In this document: positions 35,763 through 47,662 of the stretch, in pieces
Layout of the letters: each line of letters begins with the position of its first letter
Position numbering within the stretch: position 1 is the stretch's first letter
Assembly: GCA_950097015.1 (NCBI GenBank)
Contig: CATNEN010000014.1
Span: forward strand, 1,984,001-2,048,000
Direction: 5' to 3'
Origin: Macrostomum hystrix
Taxonomy: Eukaryota; Animalia; Platyhelminthes
Length of the DNA stretch: 64,000 nucleotides
Notes under the pieces: model-generated
Database searches by the model: none
Seen by the model: only the letters and a program-made list of their open reading frames with translations
What the model was told of the DNA's origin: nothing
Position numbers and translations under genes: made by a program

Positions 35763-38155
35763 AAATCTCCCAGATTCTTAACGACTTAAATCTAAAATCT
35801 CCCAGACTCCCAATGACTCAAATCTAAAATCTCCCAGATTCCCAATGACTCAAATCTAAAATCTCCCAGATTCCCAATGACTCAAATCTAAAATCTCGCA
35901 GATTCCCAATGACTCAAATCTAAAATCTCCCAGATTCCCAATGACTCAAATATAAAATCTCCCAGATTCCCAATGACTCAAATCTAAAATCTCCCAGATT
36001 CCCAATGACTCAGATCTAAAATCTCCCAGATTCCCAATGACTCAAATATAAAATCTCGCAGATTCCCAATGACTCAAATATAAAATCTCCCAGACTCCCA
36101 ATGACTCAAATCTAAAATCTCCCAGATTCCCAATGACTCAAATATAAAATCTCCCAGATTCCCAATGACTCAAATCTAAAATCTCCCAGATTCCCAATGA
36201 CTCAAATATAAAATCTCCCAGATTCCCAATGACTCAAATCTAAAATCTCCCAGATTCCCAATGACTCAAATCTAAAATCTCCCAGACTCCCAATGACTCA
36301 AATCTAAAATCTCCCAGATTCCAAATGACTCAAATCTAAAATCTCCCAGACTCCCAATGACTTAAATATAAAATCTCCCAGATTCCCAATGACTCAAATA
36401 TAAAATCTCCCAGATTCCCAATGACTCAAATCTAAAATCTCCCAGATTCCCAATGACTCAAATATAAAATCTCCCAGATTCCCATTGTCTCAAATCTAAA
36501 ATCTCCCAGATTCCCAATGACTCAAATCTAAAATCTCCCAGACTCCCAATGACTCAAATCTAAAATCTCCCAGATTCCCAATGACTCAAATATAAAATCT
36601 CCCAGATTCCCAATGACTCAAATATAAAATCTCCCAGACTCCCAATGACTCAAATATAAAATCTCGCAGATTCCTAATGACTCAAATCTAAAATCTCCCA
36701 GATTCCCAATGACTCAGATCTAAAATCTCCCAGATTCCCAATGACTCAAATCTAAAATCTCGCAGATTCCCAATGACTCAAATCTAAAATCTCCCAGATT
36801 CCCAATGACTCAAATCTAAAATCTCCCAGATTCCCAATGACTCAGATCTAAAATCTCCCAGATTCCCAATGACTCAAATCTAAAATCTCCCAGATTCCCA
36901 ATGACTCAAATCTAAAATCTCCCAGATTCCCAATGACTCAAATCTAAAATCTCCCAGATTCCCAATGACTCAGATATAAAATCTCCCAGATTCCCAATGA
37001 CTCAGATCTAAAATCTCCCAGATTCCCAATGACTCAAATATAAAATCTCCCAGATTCCCAATGACTCAAATCTAAAATCTCCCAGATTCCCAATGACTCA
37101 AATCTAAAATCTCGCAGATTCCCAATGACTCAAATCTAAAATCTCCCAGATTCCCAATGACTCAAATATAAAATCTCCCAGACTCCCAATGACTCAAATA
37201 TAAAATCTCCCAGACTCCCAATGACTCAGATCTAAAATCTCCCAGATTCCCAATGACTCAGATCTAAAATCTCCCAGATTCCCAATGACTCAAATCTAAA
37301 ATCTCCCAGATTCCCAACGACTTAAATATAAAATCTCCCAGATTCCCAATGACTCAAATCTAAAATCTCCCAGATTCCCAACGACTTAAATATAAAATCT
37401 CCCAGATTCCCAATGACTCAAATATAAAATCTCCCAGAGTCCCAATGACTCAAATATAAAATCTCCCAGATTCCCAATGAATTAAATCTAAAATCTCCCA
37501 GACTCCCAATGACTCAAATATAAAATCTCGCAGATTCCTAATGACTCAAATCTAAAATCTCCCAGATTCCCAACGACTCAAATCTAAAATCTCCCAGATT
37601 CCCAATGACTCAAATATAAAATCTCGCATATTCCTAATGACTCAAATCTAAAATCTCCCAGATTCCCAATGACTCAAATCTAAAATCTCCCAGATTCCCA
37701 ATGACTCAAATCTAAAATCTCGCATATTCCTAATGACTCAAATCTAAAATCTCCCAGATTCCCAATGACTCAAATCTAAAATCTCCCAGATTCCCAATGA
37801 CTCAAATCTAAAATCTCCCAGATTCCCAATGACTCAAATATAAAATCTCCCAGATTCCCAATGACTCAAATATACGAGTAAAATCTCCCAGATTCCCAAT
37901 GACTCAAATCTAAAATCTCCCAGATTCCCAATGACTCAAATATAAAATCTCCCAGATTCCCAATGACTCGAATCTAAAATCTCGCAGATTCCCAACGACT
38001 CAAATCTAAAATCTCCCAGATTCCCAATGAATTAAATCTAAAATCTCCCAGATTCCCAATGACTCAAATCTAAAATCTCCCAGATTCCCAATGACTCAAA
38101 TCTAAAATCTCCGAGATTCCCAATGACTCAAATATAAAATCTCCCAGACTCCCAA
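35763..38155. repeat. 32-bp minisatellite, ~75 copies
   Basis: AAATCTAAAATCTCCCAGATTCCCAATGACTC with point variants. Confidence 0.97.
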
Positions 38156-38538
38156 TCTTCCAGATCCCAAATCTCATCGAACCCCAACGTTCTGGATCTC
38201 AGGCAAAATGGTAGAAATGAAAGTAAAAACAGTATGTTTAGCTTCACTTCATAGCACGAGCTAAAAGCCGCATATATTTAGTTTAGTTTAGCATAGCAAA
38301 AATGAAAACGAATTCAAGCAGGCTGCAACAACAAGGCGCCATAAAGCAAATTCGATACAAATTTGGGGCTCAATTTGTCTTTGCTATCGAAAACAATAAT
38401 AAGTGTTTCGAACTACCGTTTACTAGGTGACAGCATGTTACTAATAACGAAGGACTAATATATTCCACATAGGGCAATATGTGGCAGTATGACAACTTGT
38501 GAGAACTTTTTCGAAATAGCTTGTAATGACTGCCAAGT

Positions 38539-39021
38539 CCCACAGGTACGCAGCCTCAGTACTCCCACAGGTACGCAACCTCAGTACTCCCACAGGTACG
38601 CAGCCTCAGTACTCCCACAGGTACGCAGCCTCAGTACTCCCACAGGTACGCAGCCTCAGTACTCCCACAGGTACGCAGCCTCAGTACTCCCACAGGTACG
38701 CAGCCTCAGTACTCCCACAGGTACGCAGCCTCAGTACTCCCACAGGTACGCAGCCTCAGTACTCCCACAGGTACGCAGCCTCAGTACTCCCACAGGTACG
38801 CAGCCTCAGTACTCCCACAGGTACGCAGCCTCAGTACTCCCACAGGTACGCAGCCTCAGTACTCCCACAGGTACGCATCCTCAGTACTCCCACAGGTAAG
38901 CAGCCTCAGTACTCCCACAGGTACGCAGCCTCAGTACTCCCACAGGTACGCAGCCTCAGTACTCCCACAGGTACGCAGCCTCAGTACTCCCACAGGTACG
39001 CATCCTCAGTACTCCCACAGG
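38539..39021. repeat. 25-bp minisatellite (~19 copies) overlapping the fascin stop codon
   Basis: Unit CCCACAGGTACGCAGCCTCAGTACT; the last copy supplies the fascin codons CTG TGG GAG TAC TGA on the minus strand. Confidence 0.95.
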
Positions 39022-41683
39022 CATGCGTCCGTGATCTCGGTGGCGTCGGCTCGCACGGTGCCGTTCTGCTCAGCCCGCATGTAGCAGCCGTTATGCGCCA
39101 GGATGGCCACCCGGGACCGGCTGTGGAACTGGAAGATGAACTCCTCGGGCGCCGCACCTTTGAATGAGATGCTGAAGTCGCCCTGGATGCTCCAGTAACC
39201 GTCCGCGCCTTCAGAGACGTACGCTCGTATTTTTTAGAATAAATTATTATTCTATGTCAACCTGAGCCCATGTCAACCTGAGCCCATGTCAACCTGAGCC
39301 CATGTCAACCTGAGCCCATGTCAACCTGAGCCCATGTCAACCTGAGCCCATGTCAACCTGAGCCCATGTCAACCTGAGCCCATGTCAACCTGAGCCCATG
39401 TCAACCTGAGCCCATGTCAACCTGAGCCCATGTCAACCTGAGCCCATGTCAACCTGAGCCCATGTCAACCTGAGCCCATGTCAACCTGAGCCCATGTCAA
39501 CCTGAGCCCATGTCAACCTGAGCCCATGTCAACCTGAGCCCATGTCAACCTGAGCCCATGTCAACCTGAGCCCATGTCAACCTGAGCCCATGTCAACCTG
39601 AGCCCATGTCAACCTGAGCCCATGTCAACCTGAGCCCATGTCAACCTGAGCCCATGTCAACCTGAGCCCATGTCAACGTGAGACCTACTCAACCTGAGCC
39701 CTACTCACCTTTGATGTGGTAGAACCCGCAGTCCGAGGCCTCAAGCTGGAAGGCATCGTAGGTGCTGAGGTTGCACTCCAGCCGGCCGTTGCGCACACCA
39801 ACGAAGCCGAAGTCACAGCGGAACACCACCATTGGGCGATTGAGCAGCACCAGCTGGAACTGCTCCTCAGCGCGCACCTCCGAGCCGACCGCGTTCACCG
39901 CGCCAAGCTTCTTGGCCGACAGGTAATAACCATTGGCGCTCTTTATCGCAACCAGGCCCTTGGCCAGGTGCTCCAGCTCAAACTGGGTTGTGCCATCACT
40001 GTTTGAAATGAAGCAAAAGTTAGTTCGAGGTGAACACACGACTGAGTCTACTCCAATATGTTCTGAGTCTACTCAGTCTGTTCTAAAGTCTGTTCTGAGT
40101 CTACTCCAGACTTTTCTGAGTCTACTCAGTCTGTTCTGAAGTCTGTTCTGAGTCTACTCCAGACTTTTCTGAGTCTACTCAGTCTGTTCTGAAGTCTGTT
40201 CTTAGTCTACTCAGTCTGTTCTGAGGTCTGTTCTTAGTCTACTCAGTCTGTTCTGAGGTCTGTTCTCAGTCTACTCCGCTTTTTCCACCTCGCGTCCCCG
40301 GAAGCGTTGACTCCGTTGGCCACAGCGGACAATCGCCAGAACTTGTCGTCCTTGGTGCGGAAGCGCCACTTGCCAGTGGCGGCCACGAACTCCAGCTGGT
40401 AGGTCTCGGAGGCCTCAATCTCGCTCTGGTTCACACTCAAATCCTGGCCTGCAAATTTGATAATTTCTACTTATAGTAGGCCAATTTGGGTCAAGCTAGA
40501 AGGCCTCACGACCTCCCCAGGCCAGCTGTCTGACTGTCAGTCTGCACTCCATGCCTCGTACCAAAAATAGGCTCAGTAGGGAATTCCTGCAGTCAAACCC
40601 ATTTACCATTTCCTCCCCAGCGAAATGACTCACTGACTCATATATTAGGAATATATGAGTGTGAGGAAACTCCATTTGTTTTTAGTTAAGTTAGTTACAA
40701 GTTAGTTAGTTTAAACTAAGTTAGTTAGTTTTTTAGTTACAAATTAAGTAATGGCTGCTCAACATGCTCACCCTGCTTGACACTGGCGTAGCGGCTATTA
40801 AAAGCCTTCACTGCCACCTGGGGAAAGCTGGCCTCCAGCACAAACAGTTCGTCCTTGGAGACGCTCTGGTTCTTGGTCTTCGTGGTGCCCGTGGAGCCCG
40901 TGTTTGTCAAGTAACGGCCTGAATTGTCCTGTAAATTTTTTTAGCAGCCATTTAGGAATTGTGCTGGAACTGAGCTGAGAAATATTGCCTATAGCTCTCC
41001 ATCAAACAGCGCTATTAAGCGCTCAAACGCACCTTGAAGGCCAGCCCCGGGCTGGCACCGCAGTGGAACTCGAAGCTGAACAGCGCGTCTTCGGACTTGT
41101 CGGCAGCCAGCTCCCCAGTGCGGGTGAGGTAGCTGCCGTCGGAGGTCCGGATGGCCACCCGGCCATCCTGGCACTGCATCAGCGTCATGAGGCTCTCGGC
41201 GCCCCACGGGTTGACGCGGTCGCCAGAGACCTCTTTGTCTCCCAGGCGCAGGTAGCGGCCGCGGTTTAAGTTTTTCAGGTGCACCTGCGGGTGCAGGGCG
41301 AGCTGGCACCTCCACCAGACTGGCGAGCGCGAGAAGCACCTCACCTGGTCCTCTTCCCCACCGAAGTACCAGCCGTGCAGGACGCTGCGCAGGGCGAGCT
41401 GGGCGCCAGAGGGCGAGTACTCGACGGCGAAGCGCTCCTCAGTGTCTACGGACTCGCTGCACGCAGTCACGTTTCCGTCCTTGTCTGCGGACAGGTAGCG
41501 ATTCAGGTGCGAGCGCAGACTGACGAACGACTCGGTGTGCGGGTCGGGCACCAGCGTCCAGGTCTGGCGCTTCTTCAGCGACGTGCCCGACACGTTCAGC
41601 TTGAAGCCGAACGGCTCGGCCGTCAGGAACTTGCCATTGGCGGCGCTGCAGAGGCCCACCTTCCAGCCGCTGTCTAGATCCAT
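39006..41683 (-). CDS. FSCN: Fascin (singed), actin-bundling protein, 5 exons
   Basis: Exons 41683-41033, 40928-40772, 40448-40289, 39998-39709 and 39208-39006, all GT-AG and phase-consistent. Motifs KFLTAEPFGFKLNVSGTSLKKRQTW, LRSHLNRYLSADKDGNV, HPQVHL, LLNRPMVVFRCDFGFVG, and terminal LWEY*. Confidence 0.96.
39254..39700. repeat. 16-bp minisatellite in fascin intron 4 (~27 copies)
   Basis: TGTCAACCTGAGCCCA repeated almost perfectly up to the donor site. Confidence 0.95.
40040..40275. repeat. Degenerate ~20-bp repeat in fascin intron 3
   Basis: TGAGTCTACTCAGTCTGTTC-type units. Confidence 0.8.
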
Positions 41684-43041
41684 GGCTTCGAGGGAGTCAA
41701 TTATTTGAATGATGATGAATGGGGCACTTCACCGGGGGAATTCTGGATCCGACTGCCTGAAGGTGCAGCCGAGCAGCGCCAGGCTTTTATGCCGCTTTGT
41801 CCGCGCTGCCCCGCGTTGAGCAGCAGCTTCCAAAGCACAGCCTCACGACTCTGCCCTCTGACTTCTTCTTTGACCATTCCTGTGCATTGGGGTGGGGCTG
41901 AACGCGGGCTGGGCCGACACGGCCCTGCATGCCCACCCCCAAATTTTTCTACCCCGCCGAAGAAGACCCGCGGTTTCCCTGTTCGCGTATCGATCCCAGT
42001 CGCCGTCAGAGTTCTTGCAGCCTGTCCGGGTCCGCCCAGACCGGGGTGGCTGCGGAACAGAAATTGTTGCGGGGTGGATTGGCAGGGAGAGGAGGGCGGG
42101 AAGTGGTGGAAGCTTCGGCGAGGTTCAGCAAATTCACGCCCCTGAAAATATCTGCGCCATTCGATGGCCGCAAACGCTGATGCTATCGCATGGCTAATCC
42201 GTATTTAGTAATTCTGAGCTGGTCTGTCTAATTCCAGGTCGGAAGTGAAACTATTTTTGTGCCTAATCAGTTTCCTGATTACCTATATTTGTTGACCGTT
42301 CATTTGTGATTTTGTTCAAGTGCCCCCACCCCACTGTCCCCACTGAAAATCAGCTACAATACGATTTTCTCAGAGTCGAATCGGATTAAGGATGCGAGGC
42401 AGAGCCTTGAAATTTTAGTTTATTCTTTTTTATGTTCCTTGGCGTTGATTCCTACTGAAAGTACAGTAGGGAGACTGAATTGTCACTTGCCGAAATCAAA
42501 AGCGAAACAAGAGTAAAATATAAAATTCTCTTTTAAAAAGAAGCAAGTTCATATTTAGCTACAAGTGAGTGAAAGTGTGCTTTGAAAGCGGCTCGAGTGA
42601 AAATGTAAGAGATCAAGATATGTAAAAAATCTGAACACACTGTAAAATCTTTCAATAAATGACAGGAAAAGCCCAGAAAGTATTAAAATTTTGAGTCGCA
42701 AATAGGGGTTGACAACCAGTGAAATCTACAGATGGAGTACAATGTACCGCTCGCCAACATACAGCGATTAAATTTAGTTCAATCCGATCGCCCCATTAAA
42801 TCCTTTTACACACGAATAGCAACAAATTCTATTTATTGTTAGAGAGAGGATGAATTTTCTATACATATCGGGCATTGTTAATGATGATATCGAAGATTTG
42901 CGTAGCTATTCTTAGCAACAGAGACTCGAAGAGCTAGTACCTGGTGCTAAGTCTAATAGCCTTCGTTTCACAGCGCATTCAGAGAGATGAGCTGAAAGGT
43001 TGAACCTTGTTAAAGCAGTGAGGCAGTTGAAGCGGGAATCG

Positions 43042-44271
43042 TCAATCCTGGTCGCTCTGTCTCACATGGTAGACAACGGATGTGGGCTCAGGCAGCGTCT
43101 TTGAGTACCATCCCTGGACAATGTTGTAGTAGCGATCTCTAGACTGGATATCGAGCTGCCGGCAGGCGTGGCAGTTGTTTCCGTTTCTGGGCCCGCAGAA
43201 GCCGTCAGTCATGGCGTCTTTGACCATGTTCTTGCGGCCACAGTAGAACTTCTGCGTCTCCGGGCTCAGCCTGGACACGGCGCCCTCCCGGTTGACCAGG
43301 GCGCGGGTCCTCAGCAGTTCGAACTGGACCAGGTCGCGGCGCATGCAGCTCAGGCAGTTGCAGCCGTTTCTCGGGCCGCACGTGCCGTCACAGCAGTCGC
43401 ACTTGGATCCCTCGAGCGGCTTTCCGCAGTAGTTTTTGCGAGTAATGTTGAAATTTTCCTCGGGGAGGTCGCGACCGTTTCTAAATTAAGATAAACGACA
43501 TTTTATTATTTTTGAGCCATTGCTTCGAGAATTTCAAGGCCTACGCCTGCTGAACTGCAGGACAGAAAACTGGGTCACTCACTTCAGTTGGGAGATGGGG
43601 AAGAGGATGCACACGCTGGTGCACCGGTGGCTGCTGAAGAACAGCACCATGCCATCCCTGCCCAGATCCGTGTCGCCGAACTTCGCGCCTTTCCTGCTGT
43701 GCACAGCTGGGTCCGTCAGCCAGTATCCTTGCGGGGTCCTGACGCCTTGAATGTCGCAGATGAGAAACAGGCCGCCAGTTTTGTAGTAAGTGTAGTGCGA
43801 GAAGCAGGGCACCGTGGCCACATCATCGCTGTGGTAGCTGGTGTTGTTGTTGAATTTCTGGTACTTGCCTTCGATGAAGTCTTCGACCAGAACCTTGCAG
43901 CCGGGCCACAGCGAGGTGGAAGTCGTCTGGCACACGGACAGAGCAGTGGCCATCCTCGGCAGGACGAAGCGCAGCGGCTTGGTGCTGACGCACTCCTCGT
44001 TGAACAAACGGGCCAGCTTGTCCGCCTTTCGGCTCGCTCGCACATCCGCCTCGTAGTCCTTGACGCTGTCCCCGTCACGAGAATGCATAAACACCTTGAC
44101 CACGCACTTTTCACCGTTCTTCGGTCCACTGCCACGATAGACGCCCTGGAACGCTAGTCGGCAGCTGCCATTGGAAAATGGTTGATCCTGAAACTCGACC
44201 TGATAGGTAAATCCGCCAATCGGAGAGTCCAGCTCGGCCTTCTGCCGCTTTTCACTTAGGTTAGAGCCCAT
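43042..44271 (-). CDS. Alpha-kinase (eEF2K/MHCK superfamily) fused to two Cys-rich repeats, 2 exons, 375 aa
   Basis: Exon 44271-43583: PFSNGSCRLAFQG, CVVK, VEDFIEGKYQKFNNN, FSHYTY, ICDIQGV, LTDPAVHS, FGDTDLGRDG, HRCTSVC. Phase-2 GT-AG intron. Exon 43480-43042: YCGK...CDCCDGTCGPRNGCNCLSC and FYCGR...DGFCGPRNGNNCHAC. Confidence 0.88.
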
Positions 44272-44652
44272 GGGCCTAGCCAGATTTCAGATTGAGACTG
44301 ACACTAACTTAGCGCTCAGGCCTAAGTACTCTGGACTCACTTATAGCGATAGATAGAGGGAGGCAGGGAGAGAGTGAGGCTGCACACCGTTACCTGAGCT
44401 GCACAAGCCCACCGCTCATTCTGATTGTCTATGCAATCTCTCACCCCCATTGTGCATTTGCTTGCGAGAAGTGACTGTGGTGGACCTGTCATTCCCGCCT
44501 CTGCGTTCATTGCGCTTCGCCACGATTGACTTAGTTGAGTGCGCAAGAGTAGGCCGCACAACTCACAATGTCTCTAGTGCAACTTCCATTAACCCAGTGC
44601 ATTCAATTTGACATCTCTTGACTCATGTCTATTTTTAGTTGTTTTTGCCCTG

Positions 44653-45066
44653 CTACGGATTCATACAGCTTTCAACTAGTCTTGATGCTTTGATCGGCAG
44701 TTTGCATTTGCATCGCCAATCGCCTCGACTCCATTCTTCGATCTGTTTGGAGACAAGAAGTCCTTTGGCATCGCCATGCAGAATTGCGCTTTGGCGCTCA
44801 TTTCGCCACTCGTTGAAAGTATTAACGGCCCATTGTTCTTTGCGACGCGTATTGTTCGGAATAGCGGCGGCCAGTTTCGCTTCAATATCAGCTTCATCTA
44901 GCTTAACGAATCGCACTGAGGGTGTAGATGCAGAAGCCGTTTCTGCCCTAATAATAACAGGCCGAATCGAATCTGTTGGTTCTGATACCCCAGTTGTTGT
45001 TCTATTAGCTGGTTCGAACAACTCATCTAACCAGTCCAACGCTCCAGGTTGACCCAACGGATCCAT
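44653..45066 (-). pseudogene. N-terminal fragment of a second Crypton-type recombinase
   Basis: RFVKLDEADIEAKLAAAIPNNTRRKEQWAVNTFNEWRNER resembles the N-terminus of ZMYM/QRICH1-related Crypton recombinases; the catalytic domain is absent. Confidence 0.65.
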
Positions 45067-45179
45067 GTCACTGACGGATTACTGACACTGGACGAAAAAC
45101 TATTTCAAAAAGCTTTGTTTCACGAGGCACAAGTCTATAAATAAAATGCATATTATAGTGTTTTAATAGGTTAAATAAC

Positions 45180-45315
45180 ATATTACCCTCTAATTTTGTG
45201 TTCTATGGTAGAAAGTCCTCGGACGCTATTCCCGGCTATTCTCGGCTTCGCCTCGGCCTGATAAACGCATCCTCGGACTTTTGTTTCCACAGAACACAAA
45301 ATTAGAGGGTAATAT
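45180..45315. mobile_element. ~135-bp hairpin element with internal CTCGGCTTCGCCTCGG
   Basis: About 29-bp inverted arms ATATTACCCTCTAATTTTGTGTTCTATGG / CCACAGAACACAAAATTAGAGGGTAATAT (1 mismatch). Confidence 0.75.
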
Positions 45316-45588
45316 AATATACTTAATAAGTATGTAGACAGGCAATACATACAGCTCAGCAATAAGCTGAGTTGTTCAAAGTTGAATTTTCATTTGCTGG
45401 TATATAGAGCAGTTCCGGAACAATTTATAACAAATACTTTTAGCTCGTATAATTTTTTAAACTGGCTGTATTTGAATCTCAAATATCAACCAGAGCAGTA
45501 AAAAGCTGAATCAAGGTATGAAAACGTAGCCGCAGAACAAACAATTCTAAAGAATGACAGAGTACACGCGTTGAGGAGTAATCGAGTC

Positions 45589-46227
45589 CTACATCAGGCT
45601 CGCGGCCCTGTGCATCACCTTCTCGTGATTTCTCAGGTGAGTCTGGCGCTTGAAGGCCTTGTCGCACTGACGGCACTGGTAGGGCCGCTCGCCACTGTGA
45701 ATCCTCTCGTGCTCAACGGCATGCGGCTTGTGCGCGAAGGACCGCGGGCAGAAGGAGCACTTGAACGGCTTCTCGCCGGAGTGAATGCGCCGGTGCACCA
45801 GCAGGTGGCCCTTTTCCAGGAAGCCGCGTCCACAGGTCTCGCAGCGGAACGGCCGCTCTCCGCTATGCGTCATCATGTGCCGCTTCAGGCTAAAACGAGT
45901 CCTGAAAGCCTTGCCGCACTGGTCGACAGCGCAGGCGAAGGGCTTGACGCGCAGGCTGTGCACTCGGCTCGCGTGCTGCTTCAACGCCAGGATCGAGTGA
46001 AACGGCCGCCTGCACTGGGCACAGAGCAGCTGGCTTGGCGCTGGCGCATTCAGCGCAATAAAACCGCAGTCTTCTGTCTGCAACTTCTCCTCGACATCCG
46101 AGCGAGTGGCCTCGGAGCTCTCATTTTCTTTGTTGCTGTCGTAGAGTAGATTGAAGTCGGCCACTATGAAGCCATCGTCATCATGGTAATCGTCGTCCGA
46201 GTCGGCAAAATCTGGCTGTTTCATCAC
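45589..46227 (-). CDS. C2H2 zinc-finger protein (5 fingers, acidic N-terminus), single coding exon
   Basis: CAQC..H...H, CAVDQC, CETC, CSFC and CRQC fingers with canonical HSGERPF/HSGEKPF/HSGERPY linkers. Confidence 0.93.
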   Translation of the reverse strand: MMKQPDFADSDDDYHDDDGFIVADFNLLYDSNKENESSEATRSDVEEKLQTEDCGFIALNAPAPSQLLCAQCRRPFHSILALKQHASRVHSLRVKPFACAVDQCGKAFRTRFSLKRHMMTHSGERPFRCETCGRGFLEKGHLLVHRRIHSGEKPFKCSFCPRSFAHKPHAVEHERIHSGERPYQCRQCDKAFKRQTHLRNHEKVMHRAASLM

Positions 46228-47590
46228 TGTTGACTTGCAAAGCTGCTTTACTTGTTAAGTTCTAGGCTTATCAAATTATAGGGTGCACTAAACTAGGGTC
46301 TTGTGGTAGTCACTTATTTCTTGAATTTGCGAGCCCCGTCTCAGCGCCGCATGCTTGGCCATAGACATTTTATTTTCAAGGCAGCATTCACGATTGAGGC
46401 TCGATCGGATAGTGCCATGGACTATGCTAGAATGCAATGCATAATTTCGCATTTGCATGGAGTGCGAATCTGAAGTGCTTATTTGTTGATTGTACTTTCT
46501 GACGATAATGTTTTTGTTCATCTACCCAAGCCCTGCCTTGTCTCTCTTTCTCGCGCTCTAGTGGTCTCTCTCTTGTTTACACTCGCTGCGTACCCTCTCA
46601 ATTCGATTGGTTGAGCCAGGGTCATTCAAAAAGCCTGACCCTGGAGGGGCAGCTTGCCCCTCTCCCCCTGACCGCCTGCCATTGGCTGAGCCTCTAACCT
46701 CAAGGTTTCGCTACCCCATGTACAGCTGGCGAAAGCCCTGCTTTATTCTAGTGTCATGTCAGCATGCATTCTATCAATTTTGTGCCCTCTTCCATTTCTC
46801 CAGTGCCTTTCTTCCCCTCTGTGTATCTTCTGTGTATTTTTTCTTCCATTCTTTCTGTGCCTTCATTCCGTCTCTTTTGATAGTAATTTCATGGACGTGA
46901 AAAATTCACAATGCCAGATCTCCATTCCGTTAGTTATGAATTTTGACGAAATATATTAACCAGTCACTGATCTTAATTTTAATTTTAATTTTATCTTCAT
47001 TTTACTGTCCAAATGAAAATCTGGGGAGGTTGTGCATGGGAGGGACATCACGATGAGTGACAAAATAAGAAAAGCTATGTTTCATCAGGCGGCAGTCCGC
47101 AGCATGAATTCACAGGACATGTCGGGCCAGTCCATGGCGGGGGTTGCACGTGCTGGAGCGGAAGTACAGTGTGACTGTGAGTACAGCAGATTGATGCCGG
47201 TGCTGTTTTTACCTGCTTATTGATCTAGTTTTCCTAAGAATTTTTACTTTCAGCCTCCGGAGCCAATCACGTCTCAGCAACGCCACCTTGATAGGTAGAA
47301 GTCCACATCAGGTTACCCTGTATCCCAACACAGGTGCGGTGCAGCGGGGCAGCGGGAGAGTTAAGAGGTCAGAGGACCATACCGGTGAAATTGAGGACAC
47401 GTGCAAACTGTCTGCGTGCGAATTTCAGGAGTTCTAGAAGTATGTTGATGATTTATGTGGTCTCGTCACTGGTCCGTTGATTGCAAAACCTATTGCTACC
47501 CACGATTTTAAGCCATACTAAACTATTACTCACTATGGGAAAAGCCACTCGCGGCGTTTATTGACGATGCTCCGCCACACTTCTTGTACC

Positions 47591-47662
47591 TCCTCGATAG
47601 TATAGTGGTCAGTATCTCCGCCTGTCACGTGGAAGGCCCGGGTTCGATTCCCGGTCGGGGAG
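47591..47662 (+). tRNA. tRNA-Asp (GTC)
   Basis: TCCTCGA/TCGGGGA acceptor stem, TAGTATAGTGG D-arm, anticodon loop CTGTCAC, CCGGG-TTCGATT-CCCGG T-arm, and downstream T-runs (Pol III terminator). Confidence 0.95.

Noticed and set aside
38489-39167. 136- and 213-aa plus-strand ORFs
   Set aside because: Repeat translation plus the antisense of fascin exon 5.
35763-39700. CRISPR-like arrays
   Set aside because: Units are head-to-tail with no unique spacers, there are no cas genes, and the context is eukaryotic.
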